NCBI GenBank assembly: GCA_002269645.1
Contig: NIVC01001111.1
Location: forward strand, 186,001 to 250,000
DNA length: 64,000 nt
Direction of reading: 5' to 3'
From: Macrostomum lignano
Lineage: Eukaryota
The notes under the pieces were generated by a model. It worked only from the letters and a program-made list of their open reading frames with translations, did no database searches and was not told the origin of the DNA. Numbering within the stretch: the stretch's first letter is position 1; each line of letters opens with the position of its first letter. This document shows, piece after piece, positions 46,845 to 58,871 of the stretch. Position numbers and translations under genes: made by a program.

Positions 46845-49400
46845 CTATGCTCCAACTTTTGATAGCTGCTTGTTTGTATTTTCAATTGTCTGCATGAAAA
46901 TTCTGAAACAATTAAAATGTAAACATGGTTTATAAATTAATAAATGCCAAAATAAATAATAGGTTAGAAGATTAGGTTTAAAAAATGCATATAAAATATT
47001 ATTATTAAATAAATTAATCAATACAATTCTTATCAAGAAAAAGTTCTTAAAATTAGGCCTACTAAAAATATATCATCCAATAAATATTTATATACATAAT
47101 ATCCTCTACCTTTATTATTACAATTATGTTCATGAGCATTCTAGAAAGTCTAAAATATTTGTAAATGGTATAAAGCTAATAATCTAAGAGAAAAAATATT
47201 TGGTACTATATTCATTATTATTAAAAGGCAAAAGCCATAGGCCTACCCATTTTTATTATTACTATGAATAATTACTATAGGCCTAGCTATAATCTATTAT
47301 AACAACTGGTAAAAAGTACCAGTGATAGCTACAAATATGCTTATAAGAAAAACTATTCTATATATTGAATAGCCTTATCGATCAAAGCCCTATACTAAAC
47401 AAATATAACCTGTGGTTATACAGAATCATACTACTAGCTACATAATGTAGTTGACTAAAATATATAACTTATTATCTTTGTGACTTACCTAAAAACAAAG
47501 TAATCATCTTTTGTTATCAAATTTTTATCAAAAAATATCAAACTGTCTATAAAGTCATAAATTCTATTTGGTACCATTGGCTTTAGTCTATGCCTATTGC
47601 AGCTTACTCTATCTAGAAAGATTAGCTGTGATTTCAAAAGAAGCCATAGTTTTTCATAAGGCCTAAAGGTTAAAGATATGCTCTAGCTCCACAACATTAA
47701 AAAGTCACCACTCTTTGCCCCAGTGAACAATATCTTTTGACTAGCATCTCTCACATGGCCAAGCATTTTGATCTATTTAAAATGCTTGAAAAAAAAACAA
47801 TAAAAACTGGGTGGAAGCTTCAATCCATCCAATCTTCGCCCTCCACTCCTGACTCTTCCCAATCTCTAGTCACCTAGCCCAACTCTACTCTGTCTATGTT
47901 GTGTGGCGCATGTTTTGTCACTCAAAAGTCAATACTGAACTAGAATACTGTGTGCACACTCTCAAAGGTGGCGACCCTTAAATATTGTTGAGTAGGCCCT
48001 ATATAATATAGTATATAAAGATCCTATTTATGATAAAAATATTAAATAGACCTATATATTATTAGGCCTACTTTGTAATAAACATTTAAGATTCAAGATT
48101 AGATTCAATTCAAGGCCTCAAATTGAAAATTCACAAAATAGTATTTAACATACATCACTATCAATACCACTTCACTCAATGGAACTGGGCTCTTCAGTCT
48201 TCAGTCATGTCAATCCATTACCATTTTTTCGTCTAGACGTCTAAACGTCTAGCCACAGCCTACAGACATACAACCTACTACAGCGTATTATATACTATTT
48301 CTAAGAAAATTATTCAAAACATCGCTTTGAACTTCGCTTAATTACGTTACAACAAAAGCCTTAAGAAGTGTATGCTTATATTTTATTCAATAACTTTACT
48401 ACTACTAGTCTTGAGGTTAAATCAAGATGATTTATGCCTATTAGATCGAAATCTAAAGTAATTCAATATCACCGCCTCATTTGAACGTTTTTTTTTGTTT
48501 TAAATTAGCGTTATTAAGTACTGCATACAACAGCAACAACAGTGACAACCATAAAATTACGCTGTCGCTTAAAATAGAGGAGCTGTCGAGAAGCGTCACA
48601 GCTGATGGAGCGACTCAGGGGCCTGACATGGACGTAGTCGGCGCCGCCGACCCATTCCGGGGCGCCAGCCTGTCAGTATCCAAGTCTCGGCGTTTTATTT
48701 TAAGCAGGACTGTCTCGACCATGCCTGGATCAACAACGCCGCCCTCTGGCGCTAGGTAGTTCGGACTGCGCAAGAATACCCTACATTCGCTGCATATAGT
48801 CAAATGAAAAGGTGTTGCAATGTTTCTTTCCTTCGCCTACAACCAAACACAGACAATTTTGACCTTTCGACCTATAATTCCATTCAAATTTGCACTCAAT
48901 ACCAAAATAAAATAGACTAAAACAGAACAGAACTCCTGGCAAATTATTAAACTGTTTTTCCATATTTCTCTTTTACTTACATAAAGAAATTCTGCGATAT
49001 ACTACCACAGAAAATAATATAATAGAATAAGCTTGTAAACACGATGCTTGACCAAGAACTGTTTATCTATGTTTATGGGTTCGCTATTAGCAAAATTGCA
49101 AAAATACTGTTAGTAAACCTCTGGTTGAAGAATACCAGTCAAAATTTATAGGTCATATACGAAGTCTACTAATGTATAATATAAAGGTAAAAATACTAAG
49201 GGTAATCAATATATATACATTGTGCTAATTTGTTGACCAAAATCGAAGAAAATGGGTGAAAGCCGAAATACTAGATGAACATCTGACATGTACGCTCGTA
49301 TTAACGACTTCTAGCCAAAATAGGGGTACATGTACATCTATAGCTTTTGCGCGAGTGAGTGTACGTATACTAAGATAATTTCTCTATCCCGTTCTTCACG

Positions 49401-49410
49401 CTGATTGGCC
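49401..49410 (+). promoter_or_regulatory. NF-Y CCAAT box (CTGATTGGCC) upstream of the SLC18-like gene
   Basis: Consensus match ~140 bp upstream of the ATG at 49552, in the divergent SNX14/SLC18 intergenic region. Confidence 0.35.
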
Positions 49411-49551
49411 AAGATAGAATTGTATGGGGTGGTGCGGCGCAGAATTTAATGAATTGTTGCCAGAGTCGACTATTCTTTCATTCATGGCTAGCCAGTTTAT
49501 TAGTGCATCGAAATAAAACAGCCGTCGAGAAATCATTCGCGTGCACCAAAA

Positions 49552-52500
49552 ATGTACCAAGAAATTGACGCCGCCAGTGCCGACGCACAGCATGTTGGCC
49601 GGTTGACGCGGCTGCGCGAATCCAAAGGCCTAGTCGTGGCCGTGGTCACCCTGCTGCTCATGCTAGACGTGATGCTCATCACTGTGCTTGAGCCGCTGCT
49701 GCCGGCAATGCTATTTGAACTCGACCAGCTGCAACAAGGTGGCATCACTTGGTCGGCCTGGCTATCGAGTCTGTTCCGCTGCGGCGGCGGCGGCGTCAGC
49801 AGCATCGGCTACTTTTCTAACAGTTCCAATGACCAGCTCGATGGAAGCAGCGAGCGCCAGCTGTACGCAAAGTACGCCCCACAGATTGGTCTCGTGCTTG
49901 GTCTGAAGCCGGGCGTTGAGGTTATCGGTAACCTGCTAGTCGGGCCGCTGGTAGATCGAGTTGGGCACAAGGCGCCACTTCTGATTGGCTCCGGGCTGTA
50001 CTTGGTGCGTGTAATGCCCTTTGTTCTTTTTTATGCAGTATGCAACTGTAAATAGAAGGATTTCAAGGTTACAAGATTACTATAGTCAGCATAGATTTAA
50101 GGGTTAAAAGAAGCGAAGTTTCAGCAGTTCAACAACAAACCAGATAGCGTAGGGCAGGGGTCGGCAAACTCGGGCCCGCGGGCCATATGCGGCCCACCAA
50201 GCCTCTCTATCCGTCCTTCGGACTTTTGAAACTTCACAATAACAATACGGCCCCGCTCAAGGTTTATGTCTCTTCTCAGCTCTCCTCTCTAATCTCCTCT
50301 CCCTTCTCTCCTCTCTTTTCCCTCCCTTCTCTCTCCCTTCTCTTTTGCCTCTGTGACGATAGCCGTTTGCTTAACGCTTTTTGATATAAAATGACAGATT
50401 CAAACAAAAGAAAAGTTATAAGATTTTCCAAACAATTATTATAAATCATAATCATTTTTACGGTCTCTTTCCATACCCAAGTATTGAATATTTCAGCATA
50501 GGGCATAAATTGTACTTTCATCAGAAGCCAACAACGTAAATTACTCATCGTAAATAAGTGACCAACCCGTCTCACCATGCAGGTAACGGCTGGCATGTTC
50601 GGCTTCAGTCCCAACTATCCAATTCTTCTGATCGCCCGCCTGCTGCAGGCCGCCTCCTCCAGCTTGTCCACCGTGGCCGGCCTCGCCCTGCTGGCTGCCA
50701 CCTTCGCCGGCGACGAAGTCGAACGAGCGAAAGCGGCCGCCGTGGCTTTTGGCGGCCTTAGCTTCGGCCTCATCATGGGCTTCCCGTTCGGCGCCGTCCT
50801 GGCGCAGTGGTTCGGCAGAGCCAGCCCGTTCCTGGTGCTCGGCGGCCTCTCCCTGCTAGACATGGCGCTTCGGCTGGCAGTCCGAACGCCTGCGGACTCC
50901 GCCTCTCATGCCAGGAGGGACCGCGGCAACAAAGACAACAGGGAAAAAGACAACGAAGAGGAGGAGAAAAAAGCCAAGCGGAGAGAGTCTACTTCGGCGT
51001 CTTTGAAAGAGATCGGGTAAACTCGACGCTGTTTCTGTCCGTAAAACACTGGAAGGATTGCTCGCTTCTTTCCGATCGCCATTGCTATAAAATCAAAAGA
51101 CGTTTAATGTTGATTTAACTTTAAATTTAGAGCGATTTTATCGGTTGAAACAGAAGTGGCTCTACAGCTACTTGACTCAAACAGTGATCTCCTTTTTTCC
51201 AAGTACTCGCCGATCACTTAGTGACAAGTGACAAAACTCGCTAGAGTCATTGGAAACAATTCACTAGTTGGCGACTCATATGATACGCTCATAACTCAAC
51301 AGTCGCCAATCCGTCGCATTACAGTTTTTTGAGCTGTAAAAAAGTCTATAAAGTCAAGTGAATTGTAGAGTCGTCCAAGAGACGTCGTGTTAGCGCTTAA
51401 CTTTCTACTAACTCAAGTAGAATATATAGAATAATACGAAATGGGGTTCTACGAGCGCAATTCATGGTGGCGTTCTGCAGTAAATAGTATTATCATTCAA
51501 CTGCATTAATAATACTTATTCAATTATCCCTAAATAAGGGCAATTAATATATAACTACCTCATTTATTGTTTTAAAAAAACGAATTTTCAACTGAGTAAT
51601 TAAAGACAAAAGCATTGAAATACTTTCTTTTTCTTAATTAAATTATAGCTTTGTTGTTATAAATATGGACAAAAAATTGTAACACCGGGAGACTTCTATG
51701 GTTTAAACAAAAAGCTCCATATCCTCGCAAAAGAAGCTGTCGCAAGTGCGCCAGTTTCTTAATTATATTCTTTGGACATCTGGCAATTAAAAATGCCAAC
51801 TGTTGCAATGTACAGCTCTGAAAAAGTCGAGTGTCGCAAGCAAAATAAAAAATTCGACCTGTTTTTTAAGTTTTAAGTCCTCTGCTAACCGAACCATTGA
51901 ACTTCCAGATGTGAGAATTTGTCCTTGGTTACAGAACTTGAGGGACTATTAGAATCAGCAACTGTCGCAAGAATTGCCCAAATTTAAAAATTCCTATGCC
52001 CCAAAAACAAGCAATCCGCACGCTATCCGCACACGTAACCAATTTTTAACGCCACCCCACAGACAAGCCCAGTACTTGGAATGCTCTGAACCCTCTGTTG
52101 CATAAATAAAGTGTCTAAATCTTTGCAAAATATTCAGGTTTTTAGCTGTCGCAAACATTTAAAAAAATTTTATGAGGATGGTATGCGGCCAGATTTACGG
52201 GAGTGCGCTCTAGACGCAACTCAGTGATTGTACAGCAACTCGAGAATGACTCATATATGACTCTCTGCTCGTACGGCCCCAGAGTCGTTATAGTCGCAGA
52301 CAAAAAACGCCTCAAATTGACTCTTAGGCGACTTCTTGGCGACTTGTACCGTGACATCGTTAGTGTCATTTCTTTCCTATTTTACCTGTGTTGCCAGCAA
52401 CGACTGAAGCAGCTCTGGGGCAATGCAACTGACTCTGGTACCGTTTTCATTGGGTCACACCCACCGACCTATTGCAGAGCCACTCCAGTGGGAGCTCGCA

Positions 52501-53741
52501 CCTTGTGGCGCCTCGCCACCAACAGGTACGTCGGCACCATCCTGATGGCCGACTTCCTCATCCACTTCGGACTTGGCGCGGTGTTCACCACGGCGCCCAG
52601 CTTTATGCAGGACACTCTGGCCGGCTCGCTCTGGCAGATGGCTGTGGTGGCGCTGGCCTCCACCTGCCTGCAGTTCGGGGTGCAGTACGCCTGCTCCGGC
52701 TGGCTGGCAGCCAGGCCGCTCGCGAGATGGCGCGTCCTGTTTCCCAGCCTGGTTGTATTCGGCATCGGCATGCTGCTGTACCCGGTCGTTGGCGCCACCC
52801 GCAGCATCTGGTTTGCTGCTCTGCCCGAATCAGTGAGAAACTTGAGGATTTGCAGTTCTTCTCAGTAGTAACCAGCTCCCCTCAGTAGTAACCAGCTCCC
52901 CTCAGTAGTTACCAGCTCTCCTCAGTAGCTACCAGCTCTCCTCAGTAGCTACCAGCTCTTCTCAGTAGTTACCAGCTCTCCTCAGTAGCTACCAGCTCTC
53001 CTCAGTAGTAACCAGCTGCCCTCAGTAGTTACTAGCTGCCCTCAGTAGTTACCAGCTCTTCTCAGTAGTTACTAGCTCTTCTCTGTAGTTACCAGCTGTC
53101 CTCAGTAGATTTTTTTCACAAAAACATTGTCAGGTACTCCGCATCGCCCTGGCTCTGTTCACCTGCACGTGTTTTCCCTCGTTAAACTACCTGGCTGACC
53201 GACTGTTCACAGCCGAGTACGGAGCCGTGAACGGTCTGTACACCGGTGCTTTCAACCTGGGCATGTTCTGCGGCAGTCAGTACGCGGGCCTCCTGCTGGG
53301 CTGGCTGGGCTTCGAAGTCTTGTACAGCGCCTTCGCCATGGTGCTGCTGGCTTCAGCCGCGATTGGACTGGTGAGAAACTCAGATTGGTAGCACTGCGGA
53401 CATTGGAATTCGGGTATTGGGATTCGGGTATTGGGATTCGGGTATTGGGATTGAGGTATTGGGATTCGGGTATTGGGATTGAGGTATTGGGATTGGGGCA
53501 TTGGGATTGGGGTATTGGGATTGGGGTATTGGGATTGAGGTATTGGGATTTGGGCACTACGAATCAGACATTGGGATTCGGGTATTGGGATTCGAAGAGG
53601 CATCAAATGCCTTGCTCCCATCGCCTGCAGGTGCACCGCAGTCTCACTGATGACAGAGCGGCGATGTCAGCATCAGACCATGGCGGACGGGACCACCTCA
53701 CCATTCTCGGCCACTCCTCAGCCAGCGGCACAGTTGTTTGA
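49552..53741 (+). CDS. Divergent SLC18-family (VMAT/VAChT-like) MFS transporter, 5 exons, 529 aa
   Basis: Exons 49552-50004, 50583-51016, 52478-52832, 53134-53370 and 53631-53741 are GT-AG with consistent phases. Motifs LLMLDVMLITV, QIGLVLGLK, LVGPLVDRVG, YPILLIARLLQ, DEVERAKA..GGLSFGL..PFG and YLAD..YGAV align with VMAT TM1-TM12. Confidence 0.9.
50155..50345 (+). mobile_element. Partial hAT-type MITE (left TIR CAGGGGTCGGCAAAC), same family as 19536-19749
   Basis: Left terminus plus the internal block shared with the 19.5-kb copy. The right TIR was not found. Confidence 0.65.
52861..53108. repeat. 20-bp minisatellite (CTCAGTAGTTACCAGCTCTC)n filling SLC18 intron 3
   Basis: Visible 20-bp period, ~12 copies. 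Confidence 0.96.
53404..53592. repeat. 14-bp (2x7) G-run minisatellite (GGGATTCGGGTATT)n filling SLC18 intron 4
   Basis: GGG occurs every 7 nt over ~190 bp. Confidence 0.96.
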
Positions 53742-54092
53742 GATGCAAACCTCTCTCTAGCTTCATATCTTTATAGATTTATCTTTGCTTCCTTGCGACA
53801 CTACTTTTAATCAGTAATAGAAATAGGTTGTTTTGCTACCTGTCTGTTTACTGATTGCAGTGTCACGCATGCTTAACTCCTAATGATCGATTGCTATTAT
53901 ATTATTACTAATAGTTTTGTGTACCGTATGTCTATTGTCGCAATAGCAAGTTAATTATTCGACTAGAAAGTGGAAATATTGTCTAAAAATTAAATACAAA
54001 TCGATGTTAATTTCGTTGATGCAGTTTTGTTTCTAAGAAATGCGGGCTGAGTGATTTGTTTCCGGTAGCCAGCAGGGTTCCCTTTTTTAATT

Positions 54093-54165
54093 GGAAGCAG
54101 AGCAGCTGGCGGTGAACCGTCTCTGACTCTCGCGCCGCGACCCCGGGTTCGATTCCGTCTTGGAA
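54093..54165 (+). pseudogene. tRNA-Glu-like pseudogene or truncated SINE head
   Basis: CTCTCGCGCCGCGACCCCGGGTTCGATTCC resembles the tRNA-Glu(CTC) 3' half, with a perfect B box at 54146-54156. The acceptor stem cannot pair, so it is not a functional tRNA. Confidence 0.55.
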
Positions 54166-54679
54166 AGGAAAGCACAATGCTCCGGCTTGGACACTGGGGT
54201 CAAATTATGAAAAAAGATCTCTGGTATCGTTTTGAAACTTTAAAGCCGTGATGACATGGAAATTTCCAAAAATATTTAAGAAGTTGGTAATAATATTTTT
54301 AAGTACAGACTAACTAACACATTGAAAAGTGCATCAAATAATAACCAATGAAGTGGTAAGTCGTCCAAGCAACGTGAAATTCCGAAAAAACGAAAATTCT
54401 AAAAAGCATCGAAACCGGAAATTTGAAAAATCGTTGCCATGTCTAAATAAGTTATTAGTGGTAGAGTAAAAATAATGAAATTTCTGATGCTACATGCATA
54501 ACATCTGTACTACATATGCTACATCTAAATAGCACTAATAATATTTATGCGTAGGTGTTGTGCAAACAAAAATAAGTGCATTCCTTATTTTTGTTTAAGT
54601 GCATTCCTTATTATTTAATTTAAAATAATATTTAATTGATGAATTAATTAAACTGGCTCTCACTAAAAGTAAGATTTCT

Positions 54680-56931
54680 GATTCGGACACATAGTGGTCA
54701 GATTCGGACACAGAGAGATCAGATTCGGACACAGAGTGATCAGATTCGGTCACAGTGATCAGATTCGGACACATAGTGATCAGATTCGGACACAGAGTGA
54801 TCAGATTCGGACACAGTGATCAGATTCGGACACATAGTGATCAGATTCGGACACATAGTGATCAGATTCACACAGAGTGACCAGATTCGGACACGGAGTA
54901 ATCAGATTCACACAGAGTGACCAGATTCGGACACAGAGTGATCAGATTCGGACACAGAGTGATCAGCTTCGGACACAGAGTGATCAGATTCGGACACAGA
55001 GTGATCAGATTCGGACACAGAGTGACCAGATTCGGACACAAAGTGATCAGATTCGGACACAGAGTGATCAGATTCGGACACAGTGATCAGATTCGGACAC
55101 ATAGTGATCAGATTCAGACACATAGTGATCAGATTCGGACACAGTGATCAGATTCGGACACATAGTGATCAGATTCGGACACATAGTGATCAGATTCGGA
55201 CACATAGTGAGCAGATTCGGACACAGAGTGACCAGATTCGGACACATAGTGATCAGATTCGGACACATAGTGATCAGATTCGGACACAGAGTGATCAGAT
55301 TCGGACACGGAGTAATCAGATTCACACAAAGTGACTAGATTCGGACACAAAGTGATCAGTTCGGACACAGGGTCATCAGATTCGGACACAGGGTCATCAG
55401 ATTCGGACACAGAGTGACTAGATTCGGACACAGAGTAATCAGATTCACACAGAGTGACCAGATTCGGACACAGAGTAATCAGATTCGGACACAGAGTGAC
55501 CAGATTCGTACACAGAGTGATCAGATTCGGACACAGAGTGATCAGATTCGGACACAGTGATCAGATTCGGACACATAGTGATCAGATTCGGACACATAGT
55601 GATCAGATTCGGACACAGAGTGATCAGATTCGGACACAGTGATCAGATTCGGACACAGAGTGATCAGATTCGGACACATAGTGATCAGATTCGGACACAG
55701 AGTAATCAGATTCACACAGAGTGACCAGATTCGGACACGGAGTAATCAGATTCACACAGAGTGACCAGATTCGGACACAGAGTGATCAGATTCGGACACA
55801 GAGTGATCAGCTTCGGACACAGAGTGATCAGATTCGGACACAGAGTGATCAGATTCGGACACAGAGTGACCAGATTCGGACACAAAGTGATCAGATTCGG
55901 ACACAGAGTGATCAGATTCGGACACAGTGATCAGATTCGGACACATAGTGATCAGATTCGGACACAGAGTAATCAGATTCACACAGAGTGACCAGATTCG
56001 GACGCGGAGTAATCAGATTCACACAGAGTGACCAGATTCGGACACAGAGTGATCAGATTCGGACACAGAGTGATCAGCTTCGGACACAGAGTGATCAGAT
56101 TCGGACACAGAGTGATCAGATTCGGACACAGAGTGACCAGATTCGGACACAAAGTGATCAGATTCGGACACAGAGTGATCAGATTCGGACACAGTGATCA
56201 GATTCGGACACATAGTGATCAGATTCAGACACATAGTGATCAGATTCGGACACAGAGTAATCAGATTCACACAGAGTGACCAGATTCGGACACAGAGTAA
56301 TCAGATTCGGACACAGAGTGATCAGCTTCGGACACAGAGTGATCAGATTCGGACACAGAGTGATCAGATTCGGACACAGAGTGACTAGATTCGGACACAA
56401 AGTGATCAGATTCGGACACAGAGTGACCAGATTCGGACACAAAGTGATCAGATTCGGACACAGAGTGATCAGATTCGGACACAGAGTGATCAGATTCGGA
56501 CACGGAGTAATCAGATTCACACAAAGTGACTAGATTCGGACACAAAGTGATCAGTTCGGACACAGGGTCATCAGATTCGGACACAGAGTGACTAGATTCG
56601 GACACAGAGTAATCAGATTCACACAGAGTGACCAGATTCGGACACATAGTGATCAGTTCGGACACAGGGTCATCAGATTCGGATACAGAGTGACCAGATT
56701 CGGACACAAAGTGATCAGATTCGGACACATAGTGAGCAGATTCGGACACAGAGTGATCAGATTCGGACACATAGTGATCAGATTCGGACACATAGTGATC
56801 AGATTCGGACACAGAGTGATCAGATTCGGACACGGAGTAATCAGATTCACACAAAGTGACTAGATTCGGACACAAAGTGATCAGTTCGGACACAGGGTCA
56901 TCAGATTCGGACACAGAGTGACTAGATTCGG
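54680..56931. repeat. 21-bp minisatellite (GTGATCAGATTCGGACACAGA)n, >100 copies, left part
   Basis: Visible 21-bp period with 19-bp variants. Variant blocks recur at offsets of ~267 and ~844 bp. Confidence 0.97.
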
Positions 56932-57177
56932 GCACGCGAAGGTGTATTCAGCACGCCAGTGAAGTATGAGACAGACCAGGCCTAAGGGCTACGGTCTGCG
57001 ATGCTTCACGCCTGCCCCTATATTCAGCAGGTCAAGGCTGGAGAGGGAGGTCTGCACCCGCTATTTGCCACTGGCAGCCGCAGACCCCCCCCCTCACGCT
57101 GTTTCACAAGTCGACCCAGGGTACTCGTCCCCGCGTGTGTTCAAGGCAGACCCTAGGGCTGCTGGACAGACTGGGCT
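56932..57177 (+). ncRNA. Predicted HDV-like ribozyme at the 5' end of LINE copy 2
   Basis: P1 56932-38/57132-38, P3 57119-21/57129-31, L3 TACTCGT, P1.1 GT 57139-40, candidate catalytic C 57167. The core is identical to copy 1 except for one P4 base. Confidence 0.8.
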
Positions 57178-57403
57178 CCGACGCTGGCGACCCATCCAGT
57201 GGCTTCGGCCGAATTTGGGTATGCGGGTCTGGCTTGCCAGCCTGCAGGCCGTGGTACTGCTTAACGTACCCCCTAATGCCTAAGGTGTTTGACCGTGCCG
57301 ATGGGCTGGAAGGCCGGGGGGTTGTCCGGTCGCTAGCGGTCCTTTTCTTTTTCTTCTTTCCTCTTTCTTTTGTGACTCAGCTCACTCCTTCCCGCTTTCA
57401 GCT

Positions 57404-58869
57404 ATGGCGTCATCCGCCTCTTTAACCCCCGCTGAAGCCGGGGCCCCGGCAACTCCGGCCGGTGACTCTGGCACCAGCGCCGCCCCACCGGGGGCAGATG
57501 GGCTTGCCGCCGGCTCGGCTGGTGACATGCCCGCACGCGCAACCGGGCCCTCCGCTGAAGCCCGACGCACCCGCAACCAACGCCGCAACGAGCGGCGACG
57601 GCGACTACGGGGTACTGCGGGCCGGCCACCGGCGGAAGGGGAACCTAGGGAGGGCGAGGCTGCTGTTGGGCCGAAAGGAACCACAGCAACCCCTGCCCCC
57701 CAGGATACAACCCCCGCTGGTGAGCCACCCAGTATACCTGCTACAAGCGCGGCCGGGCCTTCGGGAACCGCCGCCACCAACTACGCCTCAAAGGTCAAGC
57801 TCCAACCGGCGGTCATCGTCTTCGGGGAAGAGCAGGACCTCACGGCCGACGAGCTCGACAGTGCCTGGCGCACCATCGATGCTGCGCTCATCGACCAGCT
57901 CCTGGCGGGCCGCCCTGTGAGCGTGGTCAAGTCTGCCAAGACCGACGGCTGCATCTTCATCTGGTGCAGCTCGGAGGAGAGCAGCCGCAATCTACGCGAG
58001 CTTCTGCCAAAGCTGAACTGGCCCAAGAAGCTCGGCAAGCTCGTCTTCGCCAGCGAGGGCGAACGACAGAAGACCCAGCGCTTTCGCGTCTGGATCCCGG
58101 CCGGCAGTGCCATTAAGTCCGGAGATCAGCTTAGGCAAATATTGCTAAAGCTGCACCCCGACCTTAAGGTCAACGGGCTCCTACACCACGCCACTTCCCG
58201 CAAGGAGAAGGGGGCTACGGTGATCCTAGGGCTCTCTGATGACTGGGCTAAGCGCTTGCCGCCTAAGTCCACAATTCATATTGGTCTGACTCAGCTGACC
58301 ATCCTCCGTTGCGAGGAGCGGAAAGCTGATGAAGCCAAGAATGCCAAAGCTTCCGAAACCGGAACTGGGGCCCAGGCTCCTCCGGCAAAGAAGCCGAGGC
58401 AAACGGCCGATCCTATGCCCGGTAAGGCAGTTCGCGCTGCTGAAACCGGAAACGCAATCGCAGACCCGCCAGGAGCACCCGGAGGTCCGGCCTGATCCAG
58501 CGCGCGCTGGACCAGGCCAAGAACCTTCGTGCGCATCGTGAGCGGGCCCGCGCTTCTCGCGCTCCACCCCAACAGCCAGAAGGCCAGACTCTAAGCGGGG
58601 AGGCTCCGACCGACTGGTTCGAGTCTGTGACTCACCAGGAGGCTGGCGCCACCCGCATCGACCTGACCGACGAGGCAGAGGGGACGGGCAGTGACAGCAC
58701 CGAAGCACGCAGGAGAGGCGACGGTAACGTCCACGCTGGGCTCACGTCCGCGGAGGACTCCACAGCCACCCTAACTGCTGAGGACGCTGAAACTCCCATG
58801 GAGGTCTGCGGGTCACCCACCACTGAAAAGGAGGAGGATGACCTGCTCAACGATTCCCCAACTGCGTGA
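57404..58869 (+). CDS. LINE copy 2 ORF1 (DUF4780-like core), split by a -1 frameshift near 58445-58455
   Basis: ORF 57404-58495 is followed by a -1 frame that is open from 58444 to 58869. That frame encodes a basic then acidic tail ending MEV..EDDLLNDSPTA, matching the copy 1 tail. Confidence 0.82.
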
Positions 58870-58871
58870 TA

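Noticed and set aside
48500-48803. Candidate first exon of SNX14 (hydrophobic stretch ILWLSLLLLLYAVL) and a CTCF-like motif at ~48740
   Set aside because: I could not join it in phase to the exon at 46844, and an in-frame TGA precedes the hydrophobic stretch. A single motif match is uninformative, so the 5' end was left open.
50581-53636. Three SLC18 exons begin with GT (AG|GT), resembling recursive splice sites
   Set aside because: AG|GT is a common acceptor context, the introns are short, and the exons are needed for the protein.
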